A stretch of 64,000 nt of DNA, from contig NC_058381.1 of NCBI RefSeq assembly GCF_018350175.1, positions 60,760,001 through 60,824,000 of the forward strand, read 5' to 3'. This DNA is from Felis catus. Its lineage: Eukaryota. The translations under genes and the position numbers were made by a program. Shown one piece after another: positions 29,778-42,447 of this stretch (positions are counted from its first letter, which is position 1; each line of letters starts with the position of its first letter). The notes beneath the pieces are model-generated. The model saw nothing but the letters and a program-made list of their open reading frames with translations, ran no database searches and was not told the origin of the DNA.

Positions 29778-32700
29778 CTAAACTGTACAGATTCAACGTA
29801 CAGTGAGAGCAGCTGGGGCCCAGCCCCGCGAAATCATCACCACAACCGGGGTCGTAAACAGACCGATTGGCTCCCCAGGCTTCCTCGTGTCCAGCTGCTT
29901 CTGTGCTTGTGGTGGCAACACGTGGCCCAAGCCCCTGCCCCCAAGCGCCCCAGCGCGGGAAGACTGCTCCCCATTGCCCCCCTGTCCCCCCCACTCAGCG
30001 CATCCCCAGAACTTAACTCTCCTGGCCAGCCGGAAACGCCCCATTTCAGTTCTGGGTAGTGAAAGGGCCCAATCCAAGGTCACCGTTGTTGGGGCTGGCT
30101 CATCCCTCTTGCCTCCCTCACTCCAGGACACTCTTCAGTCTTTTCTTGACCTTTATGACCTTTTGGAGACTGGAGGTCGGTTCTTTTGCAGAAAGTCCCT
30201 CAGCTCCGCCTTACCCGGGGTCCATCGCGATTAGATGCCGCGCGTCTCTGGTCAGGAGCGCCAGGGAGGCGGCGCCCTGTCTCACAGCGCGCCGTCAGCT
30301 GGTGACCTGTGTCACCACTGGTGCCGTTAGCTCCGACCCCGGGGTGGAAGGTGACGGCACTAGACCTCACAGCTTGGCCCTTCACACTAAGAAGAACGTG
30401 GCTGCCGCAGCTTCGTGTGTCCTCTGAATCGCGGGCAAAATGTCCCCGTGGCCACACGGACTCGGAAGTACGCAGGGAAAGGAGTTCTGGGTCCAGGGGC
30501 GGCCGTGCGCAGCACGCACCCACCGGTGCAAACTCGCCACGGAGCGCTTCGCTTCCGGGGAAAGCCAGGAGCAAGACGGGCCTGACGTCATTCAGCCGAC
30601 AGCCCATCCTGGACATGTGCTGCCCTGGACCCCATGGGCGGCGCATCCCTTCTTGTGTCTCAGCCACCCTGTAACCGACACGGAAGGCGGGCCACTGCTG
30701 GCTCGGAGGATGGCAGATGGGGCGGGACCAGGAGGAGGGGAGAGCAAGCAAACGGGCTGACAGGCACGCGAAAACGCACACAAATCACAACGGAATGGCC
30801 GTGGCGCTCTTTCCTGCAACCGGCCACGTGGCCACAGGGTCACAACTACTGTGCACCCGCCACAGCCCGCGCCTCTTTGCCCTCGGCTGACCCGGGCTCC
30901 TCGCCCGCTGGAGGAAGAGCCCAGCACTCGCACGGCTCCGACTGCGCCCTGGCCCTGCTACCTCTGTGGCGATCGCTATCGCGTCGCCTCTGGGGACTAA
31001 GCGTCACTCGGAATCCCTGCCCCCGTTGAACTCCAGAAGCCCGGCTGGACGGCCACCGTTCCGACCGAGTGCGGCCGCAGAGAAGAGCCCGATGGGAATT
31101 TATGTCCCAAAAGGGTGCCGAGAAGGGCGTCCCCCGGGCTCCGGGTCCAGCAAAGTCGCTCCCGCAGGAACGTTCCAGTCTCTCTGCGCCCGTGGGCACC
31201 TTCCCGCACAGCGTGCCACGGAGCCCGCATTTCCAGAGGGTTCTGGCGGCCACCCTTGTGCCCGGTCCCCGTCCGCCGGGCAAGCGCGGGCAGACCCGCA
31301 GGCTGCCATGCGTGCGGCGGGCAGGCTCTGCCCAGGGAGCCACGTGCACGTCTGTGTGGAGCTTCCTGCTCCTTCCGCACCGGCCCCACACCCTGGCGCC
31401 CGTTCCACACAGATGTGTCCCCGCTCCTGTGCATCTGAATCAGCAAACCCGGGCGATTGCTCTGGTGAGCCTCCCGCCTCTTCTCACGTCCCACCGGGAC
31501 CTCACGTCCATCGAGTCTGCCGAGCGGCTAGAGCAGGGGGGGTGGGGGGGGGCGTGCACCTGCGAGGACCAGCAGGCTCCGCAGGGGACCCTCTCTGGGG
31601 CCGCCGTGACCGCTTCTTCAGGCAAAGAGACGCTGAGCTCCTGGGACACTTAGGGGTTCACCGCGTGCGTCCGTGTGTCCGGTCCGAGACTTCCGGGCCC
31701 CACTCTTCACCAACTGCTCCTGTAGCGTTGACACAGGGTCCCTGGGGCGTGAGGGGTCTGTTTGCACTGTAAGGGTGAGGCTTTGTGCGGCCGCAGAGGG
31801 GCGGCGTGTCTTCTAGGACTCAGGTACCTCCTGTGGGCCTGGGGCTGGGACGACCCCTCCCCCCACACCCGCAGCGCCAGGAGGTCCTTGGGACCTGTGC
31901 CGGGAGTGGCCACCTGCCACACCCCACGTGCCCCAGCATCCCAGCTTCCGCCGGGGTCTCTCAGAGCCGGGCCGAGACCACGAGGGTGAGTGACGGGGCC
32001 CGCGTCGGGGGGCAGAGGTGACGATGTGCAGGCTGGGCAGACCCCCGGGGGCCGGAGACCGGGCAGAGGGACGAGGCGGCCTGGGGGCCTCACACAGCCC
32101 CACGCACACCTGCCCCAGCTCACACACGTACACACCCACCCGCACGCGTTCCCCACCCCCCAGGCACACCACGCACACATATACTTGCCCCCACACCTGC
32201 TTTACTGACTGTTTTCTACCCCTGAGATTCTGAGTTCTTCAGCTCACCAAATCAGCCCTCCGGGGCCTGCCTCTGCCCTCTGGCTTCTGGCCTCGGGCCT
32301 CTGCCCTCTCCCTTCTCTCCTCGGGCAGACCGCGGAGGCTGTCTTCCCAGGGATCCGGCCCTGAGTCAAGAGGGTGAGGGCACTTGCACCCCAGAGCAAC
32401 AGCGGAAGGGGCGTCCATGCCCGGAGCAGGGCTGTGGAGCAAAGGTTTGCCAGGGGCCCTCACATCTGCCCTGGTGCCCGACACGGGCTCATCGGAGTCT
32501 CCGAGAGGAAGGTCACGGACAGTGTGACCACCCACCCACCGCAAGCCGGCCTGTGCTCTGGCGGACCCACCGGGGACGGGGACAATGAAACGGGCCACAA
32601 GAAGGGTGTGACCCAGGCTGTGGCGGGGGCGCCCGTGCAGGGAGCCCCCACCCGGGGCCGGGGCGAGGAGCGGGCGCCCACCTGCTTGGCAAAACGCCAG

Positions 32701-35700
32701 GCCTCTAGTATTGCGGGTGGTGGAGAATTCACGGCCCAGAGAGGTCCACCCTCGCCTCTGCTCCTGGGACGCGACCTCCAGGCCTCTGCAGGGTCCCGCC
32801 TGCCAGGCATGTCTTGGCTCGCCTGGAGGCCTTGGCCACGGGGTGGTCTCAGGTGCGACTTGTGCGGGGGGGGGGGGGGGGGGGGGGGGGGCTTCAGGAG
32901 ATGTAGTATCAGGCCCGGCCTCTGGGGACGGCTGGGGTCTAAAGGTCGGCCTGCCACACAGGCGGTAATGAAGTCGCAGTAAAAACCCTGCACACCAAGG
33001 GCTCAGGCAAGCCTCCCTGGCTGGCAGTGTTTTGCGTGCGTTGTCACATGTCAGGACTCTGAGGGGAGGAGACAGTGGGAAGCTCCCCCCGACCCCTGCC
33101 CAAGCTCTACCTCTGTCTCTTCCTGTGGTGAGAGGGCCTGGGAGGAGGACTTCGTCTGGATCACGCAGCAGGTGCTGTGAGATGGGGCGGGGTGGGGGGA
33201 GGGCAGGGAGAGGCCTCGGGTGCCCAGGGGCACCACATGAAAAGCCTGGCTGCAGCTGGACAAAGGTCGTTCCCAGGACTCTGGGCTTGAGGCTCTGTCC
33301 TTGAGGTCCTCAAGAGGGAGGGAGGTTTTAGTTGACTTTGAGGAGAGCACCCTTGAGTAGACCTGCCTGAAACCAGACCTCGCCACTTGAGCTGCAAAGA
33401 GGACGCTTGAGCGGGGTGGGGCGGAACTGAGTCAGAGCTGGCTCGGATCAGGGACAGGTGGGCTCCCGGTGGGGGGAAGGGACTTCCCACCGAAGGGCCA
33501 GCCCCTGCGAGGCCCACAGAAAAGGCTGGGCTCTAGGCTGTGCTCAGGAAGGGTATGGAGGCCTCTGGGAGGCTCGGGCACCAGACAGGCCTGTAAGGAG
33601 GCCGCCCACAGTCCGGATCCCACCCTGCTGTCTGGGCTGGAAGGTTTTTCGTTGGGAGGGCCTGGAAAATTCCATGGCTGGGAGGTGCGGACGGGCACGG
33701 TCTCTATACCTGCAGAATGTGGACACAGTGCTTAGAAACCAAGGCTGTCTCCCAAAGGGCATTTCAGTGCCACGGGGCGGGGGGGGGAGTGCAGGTGCTC
33801 TTGTGCTGGTCACGCTGAGCAAGTGGCAGCCTCCTGCTGTGGGACCCGGCCCTCCCCTAGAGCCAGAGCCACAGCCCCGTCGTCACCCACGGCTCAGCCC
33901 AGAGCCTGCATTTGTTCCAGACCTTTCCTCGGCGCCACTGGCCACCTGCCGCCCACCAGGACCCGCTGGTTCTACTTCAGGAGGAGTTCTTGATCTGCCT
34001 GTGCCCCCATTTCCCTCTGCCCGAGGCCGGGTCACCCGCACTCTCGCTGGCTCCCAGCCACGTCGGCCGGTAGAGGCCCGGGCTCTCTCCCCACTCGCCG
34101 CAGCTGCTCCGTCCACCTTCTCAAATGTGGGCCCAGGAAGCCAAGCTGGCACATCAGCTTCTCTGAGGGCCGTCCCTCTGGGTCCCCGCACCCCCGCTGT
34201 GGCTTCCACCCCCACCGCATCCACTCTGTGACTTGCGACAGGCAGGACCCCAGCACGACAGGGTGCTCCGCCATTATTCCCCTAGCGCTACACTGTGGAG
34301 CGAAGGAACGATGAATGAGTGAATGGATGGCACATCCTAAGACAAGGGACTGCCAGCTTGTGGCTGCAAAGGGCACAGGCTGTGGGTGCCGGCACGGGAC
34401 GCTTGTGGCCAAGTTGGGAGGGAAGGACAGGCACGGGCACGTACAAGATGACCACAGGAGAGACCTCTGCCTCCACAGCTGGCCCGCGTCCGAGACTGGG
34501 GGCAGTACTGTGTCACAGTCAATAGGACAGTTATCAGGACAGCACTGTCGACGGTGACCTGTCCTGGACATAGGGCCCCCGAACCTGTAAGTGGAGATTA
34601 ACAAAACACAAACCACCCAGAGCAGCATCAGGCTGAAGGCAGCACGAGGGGGCTTCCGGAGGAGGCAAGAGGCAGGCGCAGCTGAGAGAAAGCTGGGAGG
34701 GGGAGAAAACCTGTCCAGGTCACTGGACACAGGCCACCACTCCTCCCTCACTGGTCGTGTGTGCACACATGCACCACCACATGTGAATGTGAGCACGTGT
34801 GCTCGGGCACTCACATGGGGACACACACGGACACGTGTGTGCGCACACAGGCACACGTGCGGGAGCACTCGTGTGTGCTCACGTCTGGCCAGAGGGACGG
34901 AGGTTCATCCATGACGCCGGGCTGAGCCAGGAGTCAGGCTTAGCCACATCCTGTCACTGTGTTTAGGGTCCACTCTGGCACTCCCCATGGCCGGTCACAC
35001 AGGCCGGTCTCCGGGGAGGACGGGCCAAGGCACGTTGGCTGTTCTGACCGGCTCTGGGTCAGGTGCCTCCCGGGGACGCTGCTAAGCCAGATTTGCACCT
35101 GGGCCAGGAGCTCAGCCTGGTCTTGGAGCCTTTGAATACACCCAGAGGTAAGACTGGGGATGCTCGCCTCACTGGGGCGGAAGCCGAGGGCCGCCTCAAC
35201 AGCGCATTTTGTTTTCTTCTGGATGCCGAGGGGACAGAAAAGACCTAAGACCTCCAGGACCCCATCATCTCTGGGCGTGAAGGTCTGTGTGGCCGGCAGC
35301 CGGCAGGGGTGACGGTCCCACGCCGACTGCAGGGGGAACCCAGGTCAGATCTCTCCCCCTGGGCCTCTGTGCTCCCAGCAGGGAGTGGGATCCAGGGCTC
35401 AGGTCACCCCAGGAACTCAGTTTGAGGGAGGCTTTGCCTCTGGGGGTGTCTGTGGGCTCAGTGCCAGGCCTTTCCTGCCTCAAGCACCCCCCTGTGGAAA
35501 GGTGTTCACGCTCGTGGGCACCATAGAGAAAGGGTTCCTGCAAGGTTTCCTTTGAGGGCCTTGGAGCCGGCACCCTCCGTCGGGCCACATGGGATGCACC
35601 GCCCCGAGTTGGAGTGTGAGCCACGAACCACAGCCCGAGAAGCCAATCGACGAGCCCACCAGCTTTCCTGTGTGGGCTTGTTCTTATCTTCACCCACCGT

Positions 35701-36669
35701 GGCCAGTCCTCACCACGTCGCTGGGGCCCGGAGCCTTAGAGGGAGAGTGATGGACACCTGGGGAGGGGCCACGCTCAGCCAGTGGCACTGGCCGAGTCAG
35801 CTGGGCATGGAGGCAACGATCACAGCTGAGGTTCGGGACTTCTCCGGCCTTCCCACCGCTGCCTGCACCTGCCGTCTCCCGAAAGCCCCGACCCCGCTCC
35901 TGGGGTGGAGGGTCTCCCCTCTCCCGGAAGCGGATTCTTTCACAGCCTGGCACCAGGGCTTTGGAGAATAAGAGGGAGACCTTGGGTGTCAGGGTTATTG
36001 GGCAGGGGTCCATTCCCTGGAGGCTTCTGGGTCCTGGGGACACTGCCTGCCTTCAGACTGCTGGCAGCTTCTCCGGTGGGAAAAGGCCTGAGGACCCCTG
36101 CTCCCCCCACTATGACAGGATGATAGCATAATGTGTAAGGTGCAGATGGGGAGCCCTGGCCGCGGGTCTCCTTTGCCAAGAGACTAAGCTCTTTCCAGTA
36201 GGGGAGAGTTCTGGCGGGTTTGCCGGAGGCACAAGGGCTCTCTGCCAGGGTGAGTGTAAGGCAATGCTCCTGGGAAAAGCCATCCTGGCTACTCCCAGGA
36301 TTAGGACGAGGGATGCCGAGCTCGGGAGGGGCATCAAGGTTCCCGCCAGCAGGCACTGGGTTCTCCATCCTGCGGCCTTGCTCAGTGCATGGAGAGGATG
36401 GTCCCTTCCCCCAACGTGATGGTGTCCCTGGGGAGTCCGACGACCCCCCCCCCCCCTTGGGAGCTGGCCCAGCTTAGGTGAATTTCTGTCTCTTAGGCCC
36501 CAGCAGACCCTCCACCAGCTAGTGCTTCCTCAAGAACAGCTATAACTCGCCCCTCGGATCAGAGTAGAATAGGTGAAAAACAGACTGAGATTTACAACAC
36601 ACTGTCCTCTCCATGAGCTAAAAATGTGGGCCCAAACAACCACAGACATTTGCCTCCAGGGGTGATTGA

Positions 36670-36850
36670 TTGGTTTAGAGAGCACGAGTTGGGGAGGGGC
36701 AGAGAGAGAGGCAGAGAGAGAATCCCAAGCAGGCTCCGTGCTGTCAGCACAGAGCCCAACACGGGGCTCACACTCACAAAACCATGAGGTCATGACCTGA
36801 GCCGAAACCAAGAGTCGGTTGCTTAACCGACTGAGGCACTCAGGCGCCCC
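36670..36850 (-). mobile_element. CAN-SINE
   Basis: Reverse-complement head GGGGCGCCTGAGTG... ending at 36850. Confidence 0.85.
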
Positions 36851-37663
36851 TCCATTGGTGATGTTTTAACAGGTTTCCAGCCTACCCTTCCCACTGTAAA
36901 TAACTGTGGAGCCTGACGAAATATGCCCAGTGGTTGTTTTCCGGAAGTGGATAATAGGCAGCACAAGACTTCCGTCCCCGGTGGATAGCAACCCCTAAGA
37001 TTAGACCCACGGATGCTCTGCCTGGGGTAGCACCTCCACCTGAGGGGCAGGGAGCCAGAATCCAAGAAGAACATATGATCCTGCCAAGCAGAGGAAGCAG
37101 ATCAGGATTTGAGGCAATTGAAGGGGCTGGGATCTTCAGGCCTGGCGTTAGAGAGGAGGAGGCTGCACCCAGAGGTCTGTGGGTGGTCTCTGTCTGGTTC
37201 CCTTCTAGACCACGGCCGAGGATAGGGCTGTACGTGTGCAGGGTAAGATTACCCAAGAGGGGTTAAAGACAGACAGAGGAGTAGTTGTGGACCAGTGTTG
37301 GGGACCTGGGAACTCTGGCCCAGCCAGAGTAGACACAGCTTCTCAACACCTCGTTCACTCCCTGGGCATCCACCTAAGACCTGGAAAGTCTGATCCTTAT
37401 GAGTCAGGGCCACTAGAGGCAAGCTTACTCTTCTCTCTCTGAAGCCCTAATAAAATGTACAGGGGTGACAGTTTGGAGACCGAATCCCACTAAGTCAGAG
37501 GCCCTGGGGAAACACCATAAGTTTTGCACAGATAACCCTAATAAAGCACAAAACCAAAACTAGACGAGTTTAAAATGATTAGTCAGTAATTAAACTAATT
37601 AAACTGTCTACCAGAACAAACATCAACACTCTTCAGAGGAAGATAACAAAATCCAGACTTTCT

Positions 37664-37886
37664 TTTTTTTAGAAATTTTTTTTAACGTTTGTTTATTTTT
37701 GAGACAGAGAGAGACAGAGCATGAACAGGGGAGGAGCAGAGAGAGAGGGAGACACAGAATCTGAAACAGGCTCCAGGCTCTGAGCTGTCAGCACAGAGCC
37801 CGACGCGGGGCTCGAACTCACGGACCGTGAGATCATGACCTGAGCCGAAGTCAGATGCTTAACCGACCGAGCCACCCAGGCGCCCC
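37664..37886 (-). mobile_element. Young felid SINE
   Basis: Full length; 16-bp TSD AAAATCCAGACTTTCT at 37648-37663 and 37887-37902. Confidence 0.95.
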
Positions 37887-38164
37887 AAAATCCAGACTTT
37901 CTATGGCATATCATCTGCAATGTCCAGTACACGTGAAAATTTTCTAGAAATGAAAAGAAACGGGCGCCTGGCTGGCTCTGTGAGAGGGGCATGCAACTCT
38001 TGATCTTGGGATTATGAGCTCGAGCCCTACTTTGGGTGTAGACATCACTCAAAAAATAAAATTTTTTTTTTAAAGAAAAAGAAGTGAAAAGAAACAGGAA
38101 AATATTATCCACAGGCAAGGAAAAAGCAGCCAGTTAAAAAAAGACTATCTTGATTTACCAAACA

Positions 38165-38400
38165 AGAGTTTATTTTTTAAAAACTTTTAAAAAGTTTATT
38201 TATTTTGAGAGAGAGAGAGAGAGAGTGAATGCAAGTGGGGGAGGGGCAGAGGGAAAGCGAGGGAGAGAGAAAACCCCAAGCAGGCTCCATGCTGCCAGTG
38301 CAGAACCCGACACAGGGCTCGATCCCATGAACCAGGGGATCATGACCTGAGTTGAAATCAAGAGTCAGATGCTCTACCCACTGAGCCCCCCAGGCCCCCC
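38165..38400 (-). mobile_element. CAN-SINE
   Basis: T-rich tail, (GA)n, and body ending ...CTGAGCCCCCCAGGCCCCCC. Confidence 0.85.
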
Positions 38401-38959
38401 TATCAAACAAGACTTTAAAGCAGGTATTACAAACATGTTCAAAACGTTATGGGGCGCCTGGGTGGCTCAGTTGGTTGAGCGTCCGAGTCTTGATTTCCAC
38501 TTGGCTCGGGTCGTGATCTCCTGATTGTCGGGAGGACTCCCAGCTGCAGACGCACTGGCACGTGCTGGCTGAAAGCCGGAGTGTTCCTCTCACAGCCACA
38601 AGTGCTCGGTAGGAATGCGACCGGCCTCGGCACGCTCGGCGTCACCGGTAATCGGTACCCACCAGGCCCGCACTTCTCCACGCTCCCGTGTGACTTCAGG
38701 CCAGTGGCACGCGGGCAAAGGAATGTGTGTCCCTTCTGGGCCCCTGGTGGGCGCGTCGGGCATCTCATCGCTCTTGTCTCTGCCACCGTTCCAGCCGATG
38801 CTGGGCCGCTCGGAAACCACAGCTGCCGGGCCCAGGGGTGAGGGGCCGGGTCCTGACTCGCACAATTCCCGCGTGGTGTGGACAGACGCACGGTCAGCGT
38901 GCAGTCATTTCTGCCCGGCGCCGAGCCCGTCCTGACCGATGCTCCATGATGGCTTCTTG

Positions 38960-39570
38960 TTTTTTTAAGTAAAAGCCACAAATAATCTAATTCTAGCACT
39001 TGTTGTTGAGAAGCCTTGTCCCCATCGGACTGCTCTGGGGACCGCGTTGGAAACCTTACGACGGTGCACAGGAGCATCCGTGTCTGGGCTTCGCTCCGCG
39101 CCTTCTGAGGCCGCCTGTCCACCTGCGCCAGGGCCACGCTGTCTCGATTCTGTGGCTCCACCCTGGGTCTTGAAGTCAGGCTGTGTGAGTCCTTCCACTT
39201 TGTCCTGTTCCCAGATTGCTTTGTGGATCCACATGCTGAGCGTTAACACATAGACTTTAGACTCAGCCGATTAATGTTTTTGGGCCGCGTTTGTCTGATT
39301 TTGGTGCCAGAGTCATACTGGCCTCACAAAATGAGGGAAAACATCCCCTTCTTCTCGGTTTTCCGGAAGACTTTGCGTGATATTGATGTTACTCCTTCCT
39401 TGAATGTTTGGTAGAACTCACCAATGAAACCACCTGATCCTGGATATTTCCTTGTGGGCATGTTTTTGTTAATACATCGAAATTACGTAATACATATGGG
39501 CTGTTCTGATTTTGAATCTTACTGGCTCACTTTCTAAATAACATCTTTATTGAGATATCATTTGTATCAA
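38960..39570 (-). mobile_element. LINE-1 ORF2 relic, GC-shifted
   Basis: GGGCCACGCTGTCTCGATTCTGTGGC...GTCTTGAAGTCAGG resembles antisense L1 ORF2 consensus with many AT-to-GC changes. Confidence 0.6.
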
Positions 39571-39584
39571 AAGGTGTACGGTTT

Positions 39585-39770
39585 GGGGCACCTGGGTGAC
39601 TCAGCCGGTTGAGCGTCTGACTTTGGCCCGGGTTGTGATCTTGTGGTTTGTGAGTTTGAGCCCTGCCTCGGGCTGGCTGCTGTCGGCACAGAGCCTGCTT
39701 TGGGTCCTCTGTCCCCCTCTTTCTGCTCCTCCCTCACACCCTCTCCCTCAAAAATAAATAAGCATTTTAA
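39585..39770 (+). mobile_element. CAN-SINE
   Basis: GGGGCACCTGGGTGACTCAG head, AAAAATAAATAA tail. Confidence 0.85.
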
Positions 39771-40439
39771 AAAAGTCTATGGTTTTGAAGCGTACAATTC
39801 AGCAGTGTTCATTATATTTGCAGAGTTGTGTAACCACTCCCGCTGTCTAATCCCAGAAGAAGGTTAATCCCCATTATGCACGGTGGGATGGAGTCGCCAC
39901 AAATACAGAGTTAGCTAATACTGAGCCACTGTTCTTAGAGGAAGTGCACGCACTCAGGGGCACATGCATGCACACACGGGCAATGTGCCTGCGGGCACAC
40001 GTTACATAGGTGGTAGGTAGCCCTGTGAATCAGAAAAACAACTCCTACTGGCGGATTCTATTTTACAGAAGAGAAAATGAGGTTCAGAAGCCTCAGGTGA
40101 ACTTGTCACTCCGCCAACAGGTGCCGGAGCGGGGATTCACAGCCGGTGCGCCTGGCCGGAGCCGCTCGCCAGCCTCTGCACCGAGGCTGTCTCCATCCTG
40201 GGGCCTCGCCTGGCTGGACCTCAGCCGGGCACGCGCAAATCTGGCGACTCGGTCATTATTCACGTCTTCAAATGACCAGGGAAGCAAGCGCTGATTTGGG
40301 GATTCCAAAGGTCACGAACCGAGCAACCTTTCAAACACAGAATCTGCCAACGCGTGTGCTCATTGTCCCGAGAAGGCCCGCACCCCGTCGGCAGCCGCTC
40401 CCCACACACTCCGAAATTTACAAAATTTGAACTTTTTCT

Positions 40440-40733
40440 TTTTTTAAAAAAAAATTTTTTTTTCAACGTTTATTTTTGGGACAGAGAGAGACAGAGCATG
40501 AACGGGGGAGGGGCAGAGAGAGAGGGAGACACAGAATCGGAAACAGGCTCCAGGCTCTGAGCCATCAGCCCAGAGCCTGACGCGGGGCTCGAACTCACGG
40601 ACTGCAAGATCGTGACCTGGCTGAAGTCGGACGCTTAACCGACTGCGCCACCCAGGCGCCCCTTTATTTATTTATTTTTTTTAATTTTTTTTTTCAACGT
40701 TTATTTATTTTTGGGACAGAGAGAGAGAGAGCA
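40440..40733 (-). mobile_element. Composite SINE: young full-length SINE joined to a 5'-truncated SINE
   Basis: Full SINE ~40440-40661 plus a SINE 3' end ~40662-40733; flanked by GAACTTTTTCT at 40429-40439 and 40734-40744. Confidence 0.8.
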
Positions 40734-41129
40734 GAACTTTTTCTGATTATACATCTACTGTGTGTCCATTATAACACATGCTTTGTGGGGGGCCTGGGGG
40801 CCTGGCTCAGGTCACGATCCCCCAGTTCTGCGCTGACATCGAGGAGCCTGCTTGGGGTCCTCTCTCCCTCTCGCTCTCTGCCCCTCCCCCGCTTGCACCA
40901 TCTCGCTCAGAATAAACAGTGAAAAAAAGAAAGCTGCTGTTTGGTGGTGTCGCTGTCCCCGGGGGGGGGGGGCGGTTTTGGGCTCACTGAAATTCATCAG
41001 TCCCACCTCTTGTTCAGACCCTCCCAGTTCTCCAGCCCTGACAGAGTGAAGCCTGGGGCCCCTCCCCGGCAGCCCCAGGTTCTGAAACCCATGACATTTG
41101 ACTCTGTCCTTAGGGTGCGCTTTCCTCCC

Positions 41130-41400
41130 TGGCCATGTCCCAACGAATCACACACAGCTGCACACACCTGCGTGGTTCTACACCATGTGCACATGCACAC
41201 ACACAGCCATTCACACTCACGTGCACACGCACCCACGTACGGTCACGCACACTCCTTCCTGTGTATGCACACACTCATCCGTATACAGCCACGCACACAT
41301 GTGCTCACCCTGTATACTCGTGTACGCAGCCACGCACACGCGTGCACACCCACATACGCCCACGTACACGACTGCTTACATGTCTGTGTGTCCACAGTGT
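41130..41400. repeat. Degenerate (CA)-rich low-complexity tract
   Basis: CACA/CACG/TACA mosaic. Confidence 0.8.
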
Positions 41401-41660
41401 GCCGAGAAAGCAGGCGGAACAGGCAGCCGTGTGACCTGTTCGTCATTCCCTGCGGGACCCCTCCCCCAAGCCCTCACCAGACGCTTGGTTCAGAGTCCCG
41501 AGGGCAGCCTCAGGCTTGGCCGGCAGGACTGCCTGGGGTGGAGCCTCCTGGGGGCAGCAGCTGGAGGCCGCGTGGTCCCTCTGGGGCTGAGCCTCAGCCC
41601 CCAGGTGCCTTGCTGGTCCGTTAAGCCAACACAAGCCAAACGGAAAGTGAAGATCAAGCC

Positions 41661-41666
41661 TTTATT
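41661..41666 (-). terminator. RFNG polyadenylation signal
   Basis: AATAAA on the minus strand ~780 nt after the stop. Confidence 0.7.
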
Positions 41667-42447
41667 CACTTATGGCAACGGCACAGCAAGGGGCTGGAAC
41701 GGAAGTGCCAGCTCCTGGTTCCACTCTCTCCTCCAGAAAAGGCACAGTCGGGGGTGTCATCTGCTGGGGAGGGGCTGCCGTGCTGCAGACGGACCCCAGA
41801 CAAGAGGCTCCTGCTTTCTGGACTTGGCCGGGCTTGGGGGGAGGGGAGGGGAGGAAAAGTACTACGTGGGGAGTCAGAGTGCAGAAATAAGGCCTCGGCC
41901 AAGAGCCCCCCCTCGGAGGAAATGGCCTCCGGATGGAGATGCCCTGGCAAGAAGTAAGCTGTGCCCCAAGCACGGCCAGAGTCCTTACTGCAGCCGCCCT
42001 GAGACCACGGTGCCCTCGCTGGGCACTGAGCCTGGTGTGTGGAGGGCATTCCCCCAGGGACCTGCAAGAAAAGCCTCCACGCTGGCCTGTGGTCAGATGA
42101 AGGGTCCCACATGTGACCCTGTCCTGGAACCCCCTCTCCAGCCCGGGGAGGAGGGCAGGACGGAGCCCTGGGTGCCAAGGCCAGCCTCCTCCCAGGCCCC
42201 TTCCCGTGGGAGCAAGCCTTCAGGGCTGGGCTGGGGGGAGGGGCAGTGTCTCCCCTTCCCACTTTCCGGGGCCGCCCGCACGTGGCACAGCCTGGACCCC
42301 TGGTCACCTGGCCCGCCAGGGGATCTGGGGGAGGCCTGCACGGCGCCCACATGTGGCTGTGGCCCTGGATGTGGCCGTGACCACCTGAGAGAGCCAAGGC
42401 CAGGAGGGGTCAGCATAGTTCCTGCTCCATGGATTAGGAATCGAGGG

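Larger units (their letters stand above)
36860..38450 (+). mobile_element. Old LINE-1 5'-region relic interrupted by SINEs
   Basis: AAAATCCAGA...ATCTGCAATGTCCAGTAC...GAAAAGAAACAGGAAAA resembles L1M 5' segments as recalled; boundaries approximate. Confidence 0.45.
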
